A stretch of 64,000 nt of DNA from an uncultured Chloroflexia bacterium (GTDB taxonomy: Bacteria > Chloroflexota > Limnocylindria > QHBO01). Below, in pieces: positions 27,783-36,379 of this stretch. Each line of letters starts with the position of its first letter. Within the stretch, counting starts at the first letter, position 1. The notes below the pieces were generated by a model. The model worked only from the letters and a program-made list of their open reading frames with translations. It made no database searches and had not been told where the DNA came from. The translations under genes and the position numbers were made by a program. The stretch spans positions 14,223 through 78,222 of the forward strand of contig CAWEUD010000030.1 in NCBI GenBank assembly GCA_963812115.1, written 5' to 3'.

Positions 27783-29420
27783 CTGTCCCGCGTCCCATCC
27801 CCGCGCTCGATCGCGATCCTCCTGGTCCTGGCCCTGGTGCTGGCCGCCTGCGGCGAGTCCGAGCCGCTGCCTCCCGGACAGACGCCAGCCCCGACCGCGG
27901 AGCAGCCGCGCGAGCTGACCGTCGTGGCCGTCGCCCGAACCAGCGGACAGCCGGTGGCGGGAATCACGGTCTCGGCACACGGATCGCCGCAGGCCGTCGT
28001 CACCGACGAGCAGGGCGAGGCCGTCATCACCGCCCCGGTGGGCGCCGAGGTGGAGGTGAGCGGCGACGGCTACGATCCGGCGACCGCGACGGTTCCGCCC
28101 GATGGCGCCCTCCAGGTGGAGCTGCGCAGCAACGTGCTGACCGGGGTCGTGCAGGACGCCGACGGCAAGCCACTCTCAGGTGTTCGCGTCTTCGTGGACG
28201 GCAGCCAGGAGGTGGTCCGCACCGGCGACGATGGCAGCTATCGGCTGCCGAACGTGCCCGAGGAGGGGACCGTCGTGTACAAGATGCCGGGCTTCCGGCT
28301 GGTCGAGCTGCCGATCGACGAGCAGATGACCCGGGACGTTGGCATGCAATCGTTCGAGGCGCGGGCGCTCTACGCGCCGGCTGCGGTCTTCGAGGCTCCC
28401 GGGCGATTGGACGCGCTCCTCGACCTCATTGACCGCACCGAGGCCAACGCCATGGTCATCGATGTCAAGGAGACGGGCGGCTGGCTCTACTACGAGACCG
28501 ACCTGCCCGAGGCGGTGGCCTCGGGGGCGGCGGATCGCCCCATCTTCGACCTGGCGGAGCTCCTACCCAAGCTGAAGGAACGCGGGATCTACACCATCGC
28601 GCGCATGGTCTCCATGAAGGACAACACCGTCGGCTCCTCGCGGCCTGAGCTGGCGGTGCGTAACTCCGCCACCGGCGAGCCATGGCGAGACTACGGCGGC
28701 GGGATCTGGCTCGATCCCGCTGCGCCGGGCGTTGCCGAGTACCTGGCCGCCATCGCGGGCGATCTCGCCGACAAGGGCTTCGACGAGGTGCAGCTCGACT
28801 ACATCCGCTTCTTCAGCGACGGGCCGTACGACGTCGCCGACACCACGCTGCCGAACACGCAGTCGTTCCGCCTGCCGGCCATCCGGCGCATCTTCCGGGT
28901 GGTCTCGGATCGGATGGAGGCCGAGAAGGCCTTCCTCTCCGCCGATGTCTTCCCGATCAGCTTCATCATCCCCGACGACCAGGGCATCGGGCAGCGGCCC
29001 GAGGTGATCATGCCGTACGTCGACTACTTCAGCCCCATGGTCTACCCCAGCCACTACGGACCCGGCGTGTTCGGGCACCCGGTGCCGAATACCGCGCCGT
29101 ACGACGTGATCGACAAGACGCTGCAGATCATGAACGAGCAGTCGGCCGGCCTGCCCATGAAGATCCGGCCCTGGATCCAGGACTTCGGCTACGGCGACTT
29201 CCCGCCGTACACCGCGGCACAGGTCGAGGCGGAGATGCAGGCTGCCGCCGACAACGGCACCTACGGCTGGATGATCTGGAACGCGCAGGCTCGATTCACG
29301 GAGGCGGCCCTGGGTCCGCCGCGCGAGGGCGAGGATTCCGGTCCGGTGACCTCTCTCGCGCCCGCGGCATCGGCGCCACCGGCCGCATCGGGGTCAGCCG
29401 CGGCGTCGCCAGCCTCCTGA
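27783..29420 (+). CDS. Lipoprotein with putative glycoside-hydrolase-like TIM barrel (DUF4015-like); probable CTG start
   Basis: AGGAG (27771-27775) lies 7 nt before CTG 27783. That start gives the lipoprotein signal SRVPSPRSIAILLVLALVLAAC. The track start GTG 27837 would delete the signal. The core ...ANAMVIDVKETGGWLYYETD...QLDYIRF... resembles DUF4015. Confidence 0.6.
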   Translation: MSRVPSPRSIAILLVLALVLAACGESEPLPPGQTPAPTAEQPRELTVVAVARTSGQPVAGITVSAHGSPQAVVTDEQGEAVITAPVGAEVEVSGDGYDPATATVPPDGALQVELRSNVLTGVVQDADGKPLSGVRVFVDGSQEVVRTGDDGSYRLPNVPEEGTVVYKMPGFRLVELPIDEQMTRDVGMQSFEARALYAPAAVFEAPGRLDALLDLIDRTEANAMVIDVKETGGWLYYETDLPEAVASGAADRPIFDLAELLPKLKERGIYTIARMVSMKDNTVGSSRPELAVRNSATGEPWRDYGGGIWLDPAAPGVAEYLAAIAGDLADKGFDEVQLDYIRFFSDGPYDVADTTLPNTQSFRLPAIRRIFRVVSDRMEAEKAFLSADVFPISFIIPDDQGIGQRPEVIMPYVDYFSPMVYPSHYGPGVFGHPVPNTAPYDVIDKTLQIMNEQSAGLPMKIRPWIQDFGYGDFPPYTAAQVEAEMQAAADNGTYGWMIWNAQARFTEAALGPPREGEDSGPVTSLAPAASAPPAASGSAAASPAS

Positions 29421-29424
29421 GCCG

Positions 29425-30018
29425 ATGCGCCTGGTCGTCCAGCGGGTGACCCGCGCGGCCGTCCGGGTCGGCGCCGAGGAGGTGGGAAGCATCGGTCCCG
29501 GCGCCGTGGTCCTGTGCGGCATCGCGCATGGCGACACGCCGGAGATCGTCGACCGCATGGCCGCCAAGCTCGCGGGGCTGCGCTACTTCGAGGACGCCGA
29601 GGGGCGGACCAACCTCGCCATTGCCGATGCCGGTGGCGGGTTCCTGGTCGTGAGCCAGTTCACCCTCTACGCCGACGTGCGGCGCGGCCGGCGCCCGGGA
29701 TTTACCGATGCAGCGCTGCCGGACGTCGCCGAGCCGCTGGTCGAACGGCTGGTGGCACGGCTCCGGGAGGCGGGGCACGCGGTGGCGACCGGTCGGTTCG
29801 GCGCCGAGATGGCCGTGGATCTCGTCAATGACGGGCCGTTCACGCTGGTGCTCGATTCGGAGCGTCGATCTATGAGCGCGGAGAGTGGCGCTGGGTCGAT
29901 AAATCTTCGAAACGTTGCCGTGGGCGGCGTCGGGGAGTCGATTTGGGTGGTCTATCGGTGCAGGACATGCCCGGTGACTGGCCCGCCGCCCGCCTCCACG
30001 CTCCGCCTGCACCGATAG
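29425..30018 (+). CDS. dtd: D-aminoacyl-tRNA deacylase with an atypical 47-residue C-terminal read-through
   Basis: MRLVVQRV...VSQFTLYAD...GRRP...NDGPFTLVLD matches a full Dtd (~150 aa). The remaining codons are AT-ending and unlike local coding sequence. Confidence 0.85.
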   Translation: MRLVVQRVTRAAVRVGAEEVGSIGPGAVVLCGIAHGDTPEIVDRMAAKLAGLRYFEDAEGRTNLAIADAGGGFLVVSQFTLYADVRRGRRPGFTDAALPDVAEPLVERLVARLREAGHAVATGRFGAEMAVDLVNDGPFTLVLDSERRSMSAESGAGSINLRNVAVGGVGESIWVVYRCRTCPVTGPPPASTLRLHR

Positions 30019-30019
30019 A
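29951..30019. repeat. Perfect 14-bp inverted repeat (TCTATCGGTGCAGG ... CCTGCACCGATAGA) with a 41-nt spacer
   Basis: Arms at 29951-29964 and 30006-30019. Related GATCTATCGG copies at 30065-30074 and, partially, near 29866. Lies between the convergent dtd and rpmB. Confidence 0.85.
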
Positions 30020-30118
30020 TCGAGCACGTGTGAGCCCCAGCCGTTGTCCGGGCGCAGATCCGGCGATCTATCGGCCGTCGCTCGGACGTCGCTTCGGACA
30101 GAGTGGCACGGCAGGCAA

Positions 30119-30142
30119 CGCCCGCGTCGGCTGACGCGGGCG
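30119..30142 (-). terminator. GC-rich hairpin downstream of rpmB (possible terminator)
   Basis: Perfect 10-bp stem CGCCCGCGTC/GACGCGGGCG with a 4-nt loop, 24 nt past the rpmB stop. Only a weak U tract follows. Confidence 0.4.
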
Positions 30143-30165
30143 CATCGGTCGTCAAGGGAGGAGGG

Positions 30166-30357
30166 TCAGACCTTCTCCGCCGTCCGGCGGCAGCGGGAGC
30201 AGGCCTTCACCTTGACGGGCTTGCCGTTGCGCTGGACGACCGCGGTCTGCAGGTTCGGGATCCAGCGGCGCAGCGCACGCTTGCGGTTCATCCCGACCGA
30301 CTGCGGGTTCCAGCCGGTGATCGGCTTCTTGCCGCAGATTTCGCACTGTCGTGCCAT
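30166..30357 (-). CDS. rpmB: 50S ribosomal protein L28
   Basis: MARQCEICGKKPITGWNPQSVGMNRKRALRRWIPNLQ... GGAG lies 8 nt upstream of ATG 30357. Confidence 0.93.
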   Translation of the reverse strand: MARQCEICGKKPITGWNPQSVGMNRKRALRRWIPNLQTAVVQRNGKPVKVKACSRCRRTAEKV

Positions 30358-30470
30358 GAGGAATCTCCAATCACGAAGGAACCGGGGCACCGTGGATGGC
30401 GCCGCCGGAACGGTCCGATGCTAGCACGCTAGGATCGGGCCATGCAACGACGGCCAGGGCTGGACCGCGC

Positions 30471-32561
30471 GTGACGCCGACCGCCGCGCCCGCCCTCTCG
30501 CCGGAGGACCTGGACCAGCCGATCCGCAGCGCGATGCCCGAGCTCGGCCGGGGCGCCGGGGTCCTCGCCCGCCTCGGCATCGCGACGCCACGGCAGGCGC
30601 TCTTCCACCTGCCGTTCCGCTACGACGACTTCAGCGACCTGCGCCCGCTGCGCGAGCTCCTTCCCGACGAGAAGCAGTCGGCGCGCGTGCGGGTCAGCGA
30701 CGTGCGGGTGGAGAAGGGCTTCGGACGGCGGCCGCAGCGCGTCATCGCGCAGCTCGTCGACGAGGACGGTGGCACGGCCGAGGCGATCTGGTTCGGCCGC
30801 CGCTACGTGGAGACGCGGCTGCGCGCCGGTGACGAGATCGTGGTGAGCGGCAAGGTCGTGCTGCGCGGCTGGCGGCCGCAGTTCACCTCCCCGGAGTTCT
30901 CGCCCGCCGGGCGCGAGTCGATGCACACGGGGCGCGTCGTTCCCGTCTACCGGCTGGTCTCCGGCGTCACCCAGCGGCGCGTGCGCGAGCTCCTGGCCCG
31001 GATCCTGGCTCGCGCCCTGCCCGCCCTCGACGATCCGCTGCTTCCCGGCGAGCGGATGGGGCTGCCTCCACTGGCCGAGGCGCTGCAGGCGGCCCACTTT
31101 CCGGAGGAGGCGGCCGACGTCGTGTCGGCGCTCGATCGGCTCGCCTACGACGAGCTCCTGGCCCTGCAGCTGACGCTGGCCCAGGCCCGGCTGGCGCGAG
31201 GAGCGCTGCGCGCCGCAAGGGTGGAGATCGACGCCGGCGAGCTGGATCGCCTCCTCGACGCGCTGCCCTTCGGCCTCACCGGCGACCAGCGCAGGGCGGT
31301 CGAGGAGGTCGTGCGCGACCTGGCGTCCGAGCAGCCGATGCGGCGCCTGCTGCAGGGGGACGTGGGCAGCGGCAAGACGGCGGTGGCGGCGGTGGCGCTG
31401 GCGGGCGTCGTGCGGAGCGGATGGCAGGCCGCGCTGATGGCGCCCACCGAGATCCTGGCCCGGCAGCACCACGCCGGGCTGGCCCCCCTGCTCGACGTGC
31501 TGGGCGTGCGTGCCGAGTTCCTCTCCGGCTCGCTGAAGACGGCCGAGAAGCAGGAGATCCACCGGGCGATCGAGGCGGGTGAGGCGGAGGTCGTGATCGG
31601 CACCCATGCCGTCATCAGCGAGGCGGTCACCTTCCGGCGGCTCGGCCTCGCCGTGGTGGACGAGCAGCACCGCTTCGGGGTTGCGCAGAGAGCGGCCCTG
31701 CAGGCCAAGGGGTCGGGACTCGAGCCGCACGTCCTGGCCCTGACCGCAACGCCCATCCCGAGGACGCTGGCACTCACCTTCTACGGCGACCTGTCGATCT
31801 CGACCATCCGAGAGCTGCCGCCCGGCCGGCAGCCGATCCGAACGGAGATCCGCGACCGGTCGTCGCTGCCGCGCATCCAGGGCTTCCTCGCGTCCGAGGC
31901 GGCCGCGGGTCGCCAGTCCTTCGTGGTGGTGCCGCTGGTGGTCGAGAGCGAAGCCCTGACCGTTGCCTCGGCGGAGGCCGAGGTGGGGCGACTCCGCGGC
32001 GCGCTGCCGGACCTGCGCATCGGTCTCGTGCACGGTCAGCAACGCGCCGACCTGCGTGACGAGACGATGCAGGCGTTCGCGGCCGGGGCGCTCGACGTGC
32101 TGGTGGCGACATCAGTCATCGAGGTGGGGATCGATGTGCCGAACGCGAGCGTGATGCTGATCGAGGATGCCGAGCGGTTCGGCCTGGCCCAGCTGCACCA
32201 GCTGCGCGGCCGGGTGGGACGGGGCGCGCATCGGTCCTTCTGCATCCTCCTCAGCGATGCCGATGACGAGACCGCTCGTCGCCGCCTCGATGTGCTGCGC
32301 GGCTCGTCGGACGGCTTCACCATCGCCGAGGCCGATCTGGAGCTGCGCGGAGCGGGCAACCTGCTCGGGACCCGACAGTCGGGGCTCCCGCCGTTGAAGG
32401 TGGCCTCGCTCTTCGAGCCGCGGCACGTGGCGCTGGCGGAGCGGGCCCGCGAGGTGGCCGCCGTGCTGGTCGCAGGCGACCCCCTGCTGGAACAGCGCCC
32501 GCAGCTGGCTCGCCTGCGCGCCGAGTTCGCCACGGCCGACGAAGAGGGCGACGCGGCGTGA
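30471..32561 (+). CDS. recG: ATP-dependent DNA helicase RecG
   Basis: Wedge domain, Walker A GDVGSGKTAVA, DEQH box VVDEQHRFG, ...QLHQLRGRVGRG... Start uncertain: I chose GTG 30471, and the ORF is open from 30396, which would crowd the divergent rpmB promoter. Confidence 0.9.
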   Translation: MTPTAAPALSPEDLDQPIRSAMPELGRGAGVLARLGIATPRQALFHLPFRYDDFSDLRPLRELLPDEKQSARVRVSDVRVEKGFGRRPQRVIAQLVDEDGGTAEAIWFGRRYVETRLRAGDEIVVSGKVVLRGWRPQFTSPEFSPAGRESMHTGRVVPVYRLVSGVTQRRVRELLARILARALPALDDPLLPGERMGLPPLAEALQAAHFPEEAADVVSALDRLAYDELLALQLTLAQARLARGALRAARVEIDAGELDRLLDALPFGLTGDQRRAVEEVVRDLASEQPMRRLLQGDVGSGKTAVAAVALAGVVRSGWQAALMAPTEILARQHHAGLAPLLDVLGVRAEFLSGSLKTAEKQEIHRAIEAGEAEVVIGTHAVISEAVTFRRLGLAVVDEQHRFGVAQRAALQAKGSGLEPHVLALTATPIPRTLALTFYGDLSISTIRELPPGRQPIRTEIRDRSSLPRIQGFLASEAAAGRQSFVVVPLVVESEALTVASAEAEVGRLRGALPDLRIGLVHGQQRADLRDETMQAFAAGALDVLVATSVIEVGIDVPNASVMLIEDAERFGLAQLHQLRGRVGRGAHRSFCILLSDADDETARRRLDVLRGSSDGFTIAEADLELRGAGNLLGTRQSGLPPLKVASLFEPRHVALAERAREVAAVLVAGDPLLEQRPQLARLRAEFATADEEGDAA

Positions 32562-32573
32562 GGACGCCATGAG

Positions 32574-33158
32574 GTGGTCGTGCGCGTGATTGCGGGCAGC
32601 GCACGCGGGGTAACCCTGCGTGCGCCGCGCGACCGTGCCACCCGGCCGGTCACCGACCGCGTCAAGGAGACCCTCTTCGGCATCCTGGGTGACCGCGTCC
32701 CGGAGGCGCGGGTGCTCGATCTCTACGCCGGCAGCGGTGCCCTGGGCATCGAGGCGCTCTCGCGTGGCGCGTCGGCAGCCGTCTTCGTCGAACGGGGCCG
32801 CGCGGCGGTCGCCACCATCCGGCTGAACCTGGCCGCGACCCGCCTCGCCGAGCGAGCCGAGGTCATCGCCGGCGAGGTGGAACGCTACCTGGCCGGCCAA
32901 TCGGCGAAGGGTCCATACGACCTCGTCTTCCTGGATCCACCGTACGCTGAGCGTGCTATCCTCGCGCCGCTCGAGCGGCTGCTGCCGCTCCTGTCGCCCG
33001 AGGCCAGCGTGGTCGTCAAGCACTTCTGGCGGACCGAGGTCCCGGCTCCGTCCGGCCTGCTGGCATGGCGCAATCGGCGCTTCGGTGAGACGGCGCTCAC
33101 CTTCCTGGCGCGAGCACGCGACGAAGCACAAGGGGCCGATGGAGTGGAGGGGTCATGA
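32574..33158 (+). CDS. rsmD: 16S rRNA (guanine966-N2)-methyltransferase
   Basis: RVIAGSARG..L..P....RPVTDRVKETLF, LDLYAGSGALGIEALSRGA, FLDPPY motifs. Confidence 0.9.
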   Translation: MVVRVIAGSARGVTLRAPRDRATRPVTDRVKETLFGILGDRVPEARVLDLYAGSGALGIEALSRGASAAVFVERGRAAVATIRLNLAATRLAERAEVIAGEVERYLAGQSAKGPYDLVFLDPPYAERAILAPLERLLPLLSPEASVVVKHFWRTEVPAPSGLLAWRNRRFGETALTFLARARDEAQGADGVEGS

Positions 33159-33637
33159 GCCGCATCGCGATCTTCCCCGGTTCGTTCGACCCCATGACGA
33201 TGGCTCACCTCGACGTTGCCGGTCGCGCCGCCGCGCTCTTCGATCGGCTCATCGTCGGCGTCCTGCACAACCCGAAGAAGACGCCGCTCTTCCCTATCGA
33301 CGAGCGTGTCGAGCTGATCCGCGCGGCGGTGGCGGAGCTCGGTCCGCATGTCGAGGTGCGTAGCTTCGACGGCCTGACGGTGGAGTTCGCCGAGCAGAAT
33401 GGGGCCGGATTCATCGTGCGAGGGTTGCGGGCGGTGAGCGATTTCGAGGCCGAGCTGCAGATGGCCCATACCAACCGCAAGCTCGAGCGCCGTGTCGACA
33501 CGGTCTTCCTGATGACGGCGCTGGAGTTCGGGTACCTCTCGAGCACACTGGCCAAGGAGGTGGCGCAGTTCGGCGGCGACGTGTCCGGGATGGTGCCGGG
33601 TCCCGTCGCCGAGGCGCTGGTTCAGCGCTTCCGGTAG
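33155..33637 (+). CDS. coaD: Phosphopantetheine adenylyltransferase
   Basis: IAIFPGSFDPMTMAHLD..., ...RGLRAVSDFE.E...A..N... The ATG overlaps the rsmD stop. Confidence 0.95.
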   Translation: MSRIAIFPGSFDPMTMAHLDVAGRAAALFDRLIVGVLHNPKKTPLFPIDERVELIRAAVAELGPHVEVRSFDGLTVEFAEQNGAGFIVRGLRAVSDFEAELQMAHTNRKLERRVDTVFLMTALEFGYLSSTLAKEVAQFGGDVSGMVPGPVAEALVQRFR

Positions 33638-33659
33638 CGGCAGCCGCGGCGTTCGTGGC

Positions 33660-33865
33660 CCTGGGTTCGTTGCGCTGGCTGCAACGTGCGGCGCCGGAAG
33701 ATGCCTGCGGAGGCCGCTCCGGAGTGATTCGTTGCGCTGGCTGCAACCTGCGGCGCCGGAAAGGCCGCTCCGGAGTGATTCGTTGCGCTGGGTGCAACGC
33801 GCGGCGCCGGAAAGGCCCCGAACGCCGGATTCGGGAGTGATTCGTTGCGCTGCCTGCAACGCGAC
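33660..33865. repeat. Array of four direct repeats, each carrying a GTTGC-N7-GCAAC hairpin
   Basis: Core TTCGTTGCGCTGNNTGCAAC at 33666-33685, 33728-33747, 33779-33798 and 33841-33860 (periods 62, 51, 62 bp). Three copies share GGAGTGATTCGTTGCGCTG. A second hairpin GCGGC-N9-GCCGC sits in the inter-core segments. Confidence 0.85.
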
Positions 33866-33876
33866 GGCGTTGGTTG

Positions 33877-34482
33877 ATGGCGGACCGTGGAGCGGCGCGT
33901 CGGCGGGTCTATAATTCGCGCTCGAAGGGACCGGAGGAGCACGCCACGGACATCATCTTCCTCGTCGAGCGCCTCGAGAGCCTCGTGGCGGCCGGCAAGA
34001 AGCTGCCCATGACCAACAGCGTCATGCTCGACCAGGCCGCCGTGCTGGAGCTGATCGACCAGCTGCGCGTTTCCGTTCCCGACGAGGTGCGCCAGGCGAA
34101 GCGCATCACCGAGGAGGCGGGACGCATCAGCGAGCGCGCGCGCGAAGAGGGAGACGCCATCATCGCCCGAGCCCAGGAGCAGGCCGCCCAGATGCTCGAG
34201 GAGCGGGAGCTGGTGCGGCTGGCCGAGCAGAGAGCGGGGGAGATCCTCGATACCGCCAACGCCGAGGCGGCCGAGGTGCGACGTGGCGCCGACGAATATG
34301 CGGCCGGCGTCCTGATCCGGCTCGAGGGTGAGTGCATCAAGGCGCTCACCAGCATCAAGCGCGGCATCGACATGCTCGATGAGCGGCACCGCCCCCAGCG
34401 TTCGGCAGCCGAAGCCGTCACGCTGGCGGGCCCGGAGCACGAGGCGACCGAAGCCGCGCCCTCCGGCCATGACCGCCTTTAA
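33877..34482 (+). CDS. Coiled-coil protein of unknown function (DivIVA/ATPase-subunit-like appearance); start codon uncertain
   Basis: Glu/Ala/Arg-rich heptad-like sequence. ATG 33877 has no SD. An internal TATAAT (33910-33915) plus GGAGGAG (33933-33939) point to initiation near 33946-33955, where no canonical start codon exists. Confidence 0.55.
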   Translation: MADRGAARRRVYNSRSKGPEEHATDIIFLVERLESLVAAGKKLPMTNSVMLDQAAVLELIDQLRVSVPDEVRQAKRITEEAGRISERAREEGDAIIARAQEQAAQMLEERELVRLAEQRAGEILDTANAEAAEVRRGADEYAAGVLIRLEGECIKALTSIKRGIDMLDERHRPQRSAAEAVTLAGPEHEATEAAPSGHDRL

Positions 34483-35005
34483 CGTCAGCGGGCTGCTCCA
34501 CGAGCCGCCCGGCGCGGTCCGCGAGTACCGGCTGCAGGATCGCTACGTCTCGCTGGCGCCCGAGGTCGAGCTGGCCGGTCCCCTCAATGGCCGGCTTCGG
34601 ATGCAGCGCACCAACCGCGGGGTCCTGGTGCGCGGCAGCGTGGACGCCCAGGTGCGGCGGACCTGTGGCCGCTGCCTGGATGCGTACGTCGAGCCGGCGC
34701 ACATCGAGATCAGCGAGGAGTACGTGCCCAGCGTCGACCTGTCCACGGGCGGCAGCGTTCCACCGCCGCCGGAGGGCGAGGGCGCACAGCTGATCGACGA
34801 GCACCACGAGATCGACCTGACGGAGGTGCTCCGCGACGAGTTCGCCCTGACCGAGCCGATGCACCCGCTCTGCCGGCCGGACTGTGCCGGGCTTTGCGCC
34901 GAGTGCGGCGAGGCACTGGGCGAGCGACACCAGGCGCACCACCGCGACGAGATCGATCCGCGGCTCGCGGGGCTCGCCCGCTTCCTGGAGCGCAACGAGC
35001 ACTGA
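34469..35005 (+). CDS. yceD: YceD/DUF177 family protein (large-subunit rRNA/ribosome biogenesis associated)
   Basis: CGRCL...E.Y.P...HPLCRPDCAGLCAECG... four-Cys signature. Synteny directly upstream of rpmF. Confidence 0.85.
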   Translation: MTAFNVSGLLHEPPGAVREYRLQDRYVSLAPEVELAGPLNGRLRMQRTNRGVLVRGSVDAQVRRTCGRCLDAYVEPAHIEISEEYVPSVDLSTGGSVPPPPEGEGAQLIDEHHEIDLTEVLRDEFALTEPMHPLCRPDCAGLCAECGEALGERHQAHHRDEIDPRLAGLARFLERNEH

Positions 35006-35012
35006 ACCGCGC

Positions 35013-35041
35013 TCGCCAGCCAGCCGGCGGGCGGCTATACT
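35013..35041 (+). promoter_or_regulatory. Candidate promoter of rpmF-plsX (TCGCCA-N17-TATACT)
   Basis: Hexamers at 35013-35018 and 35036-35041, between the yceD stop and the rpmF start. Confidence 0.4.
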
Positions 35042-35083
35042 GCGACGTCCCCGTCACCGTCAACGAACCAGGAGTCATTGCGC

Positions 35084-35290
35084 GTGGGCGTTCCCAAGCG
35101 AAAAGTATCGAAGGCGCGCCAGGGCGAGCGGCGCTCGCACCTCGCCATCAGCGCCCCGCCCCTCGTCGAGTGCTCGCATTGCCATGAGCTGAAGCGGGCC
35201 CATCACGTCTGCCCGACCTGCGGCTACTACGATGGCCGCGAGGTCATGCCGGTCGAGCCGACGGGACCGGCCGAGGGCGGAGCCGGCTGA
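35084..35290 (+). CDS. rpmF: 50S ribosomal protein L32
   Basis: [18 protein letters not shown]... plus a CxxC...CxxC knuckle. GTG 35084 lies 9 nt after GGAG (35071-35074). The track start TTG 35078 is too close to the SD. Confidence 0.9.
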   Translation: MGVPKRKVSKARQGERRSHLAISAPPLVECSHCHELKRAHHVCPTCGYYDGREVMPVEPTGPAEGGAG

Positions 35291-35303
35291 TCCGGCGGGG
35301 CTG

Positions 35304-36374
35304 ATGCGCATCGCGGTCGACGCGATGGGCGGCGACTTCGCACCGCGCGAAGCCGTCCGCGGCGCCATCAACTACGCGGCCGCCAACGCCGACGAGATCA
35401 TCCTCGTCGGTGACGTCCCCCGTATCGAATCCGAGATCGCCGAGTACGGCCATGGCCGTCCGGCGAGCGTCACGTTCGTCGACGCCCCCGACGTCATCGG
35501 CATGGGCGAGTCGCCCGCCACGGCGCTGCGCACGAAGCGGCGCGCATCGATCCGCGTCGCCACCGACCTCGTGCGCGACGGCCTGGCCGATGCGGTGGTG
35601 AGCGCCGGCTCGACCGGCGCGACCATGGCCGCCGCCGTGTTCCGGCTGGGTCGCGTGGAGGGCATCGACCGCCCCGCGCTGGGAGCCCACCTCGTCACGG
35701 CCACGGGGCCGATCATGGTCCTGGACGTCGGCGCCAACGTCGACTCGGACGCAACCAACCTCGTCCACTTCGCCGTGATGGGCTCGATCTACGCCGAGCA
35801 CGTCCTCAAGGTGCCGCGCCCGCGCATCGGCCTGCTGAACATCGGTGAAGAGGACGAGAAGGGGAATGCCCTCTACCGCGAGGCCAACGCCCGTCTGCGC
35901 GAGGCCGACCTGCACTTCGTGGGCAACGTGGAGGGGAACGACCTGATCAGCCACTCGGCCGACGTCGTCGTCTGCGACGGGTTTACCGGGAACGTGGTCA
36001 TCAAGTTCTTCGAGGGCCTGACCAGCTACATCTTCCGTTCCCTGCGCAGCGACCTGCAGCAGGGCGCGATCGCGCCCCTCGCGCTGCTGGCGCTGAAGCC
36101 CGGCTTCGACCGACTCAAGCATCGCTTCGACTTCGAGCGCTACGGCGGGGCCCCGCTGCTCGGCGTCTCGGGAGTCAGCATCGTCACCCACGGCCGCGCG
36201 AAGGCGCGGATGATGGAGCACGCCATCCGCGTCGCGTCCGAGGCCGCGGCTGCGGGTATCCCCGAGCTCATCGCCGAGTGGACCCGCCGCCATCCCGCCA
36301 TCGCCCGTCGGGACGTCGGCGAGGCGGTCGCCAACGAGACGATGCCCCTGGCAAGCCGGTCGCCGGAAGGCTGA
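35304..36374 (+). CDS. plsX: Phosphate acyltransferase PlsX
   Basis: MRIAVDAMGGDFAPRE...NVEGND...CDGFTGNV.IK..EG... signature. rpmF-plsX synteny. Confidence 0.95.
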   Translation: MRIAVDAMGGDFAPREAVRGAINYAAANADEIILVGDVPRIESEIAEYGHGRPASVTFVDAPDVIGMGESPATALRTKRRASIRVATDLVRDGLADAVVSAGSTGATMAAAVFRLGRVEGIDRPALGAHLVTATGPIMVLDVGANVDSDATNLVHFAVMGSIYAEHVLKVPRPRIGLLNIGEEDEKGNALYREANARLREADLHFVGNVEGNDLISHSADVVVCDGFTGNVVIKFFEGLTSYIFRSLRSDLQQGAIAPLALLALKPGFDRLKHRFDFERYGGAPLLGVSGVSIVTHGRAKARMMEHAIRVASEAAAAGIPELIAEWTRRHPAIARRDVGEAVANETMPLASRSPEG

Positions 36375-36379
36375 GGCCG

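Noticed and set aside
30442-30474. ATG 30442, 6 nt after a TAGGAT hexamer, as a leaderless recG start
   Set aside because: This ATG is out of frame with recG and opens only a 10-codon ORF. The hexamer may still serve as the recG promoter -10.
33660-33865. Possible small CRISPR array (four roughly 24-nt repeats at 51-62 bp periodicity)
   Set aside because: The inter-repeat segments are not unique spacers. They are themselves homologous to each other (GCGGCGCCGGAAAGGCC...). The repeats are short and imperfect, and no cas genes are present. It was treated as a tandem structured repeat.
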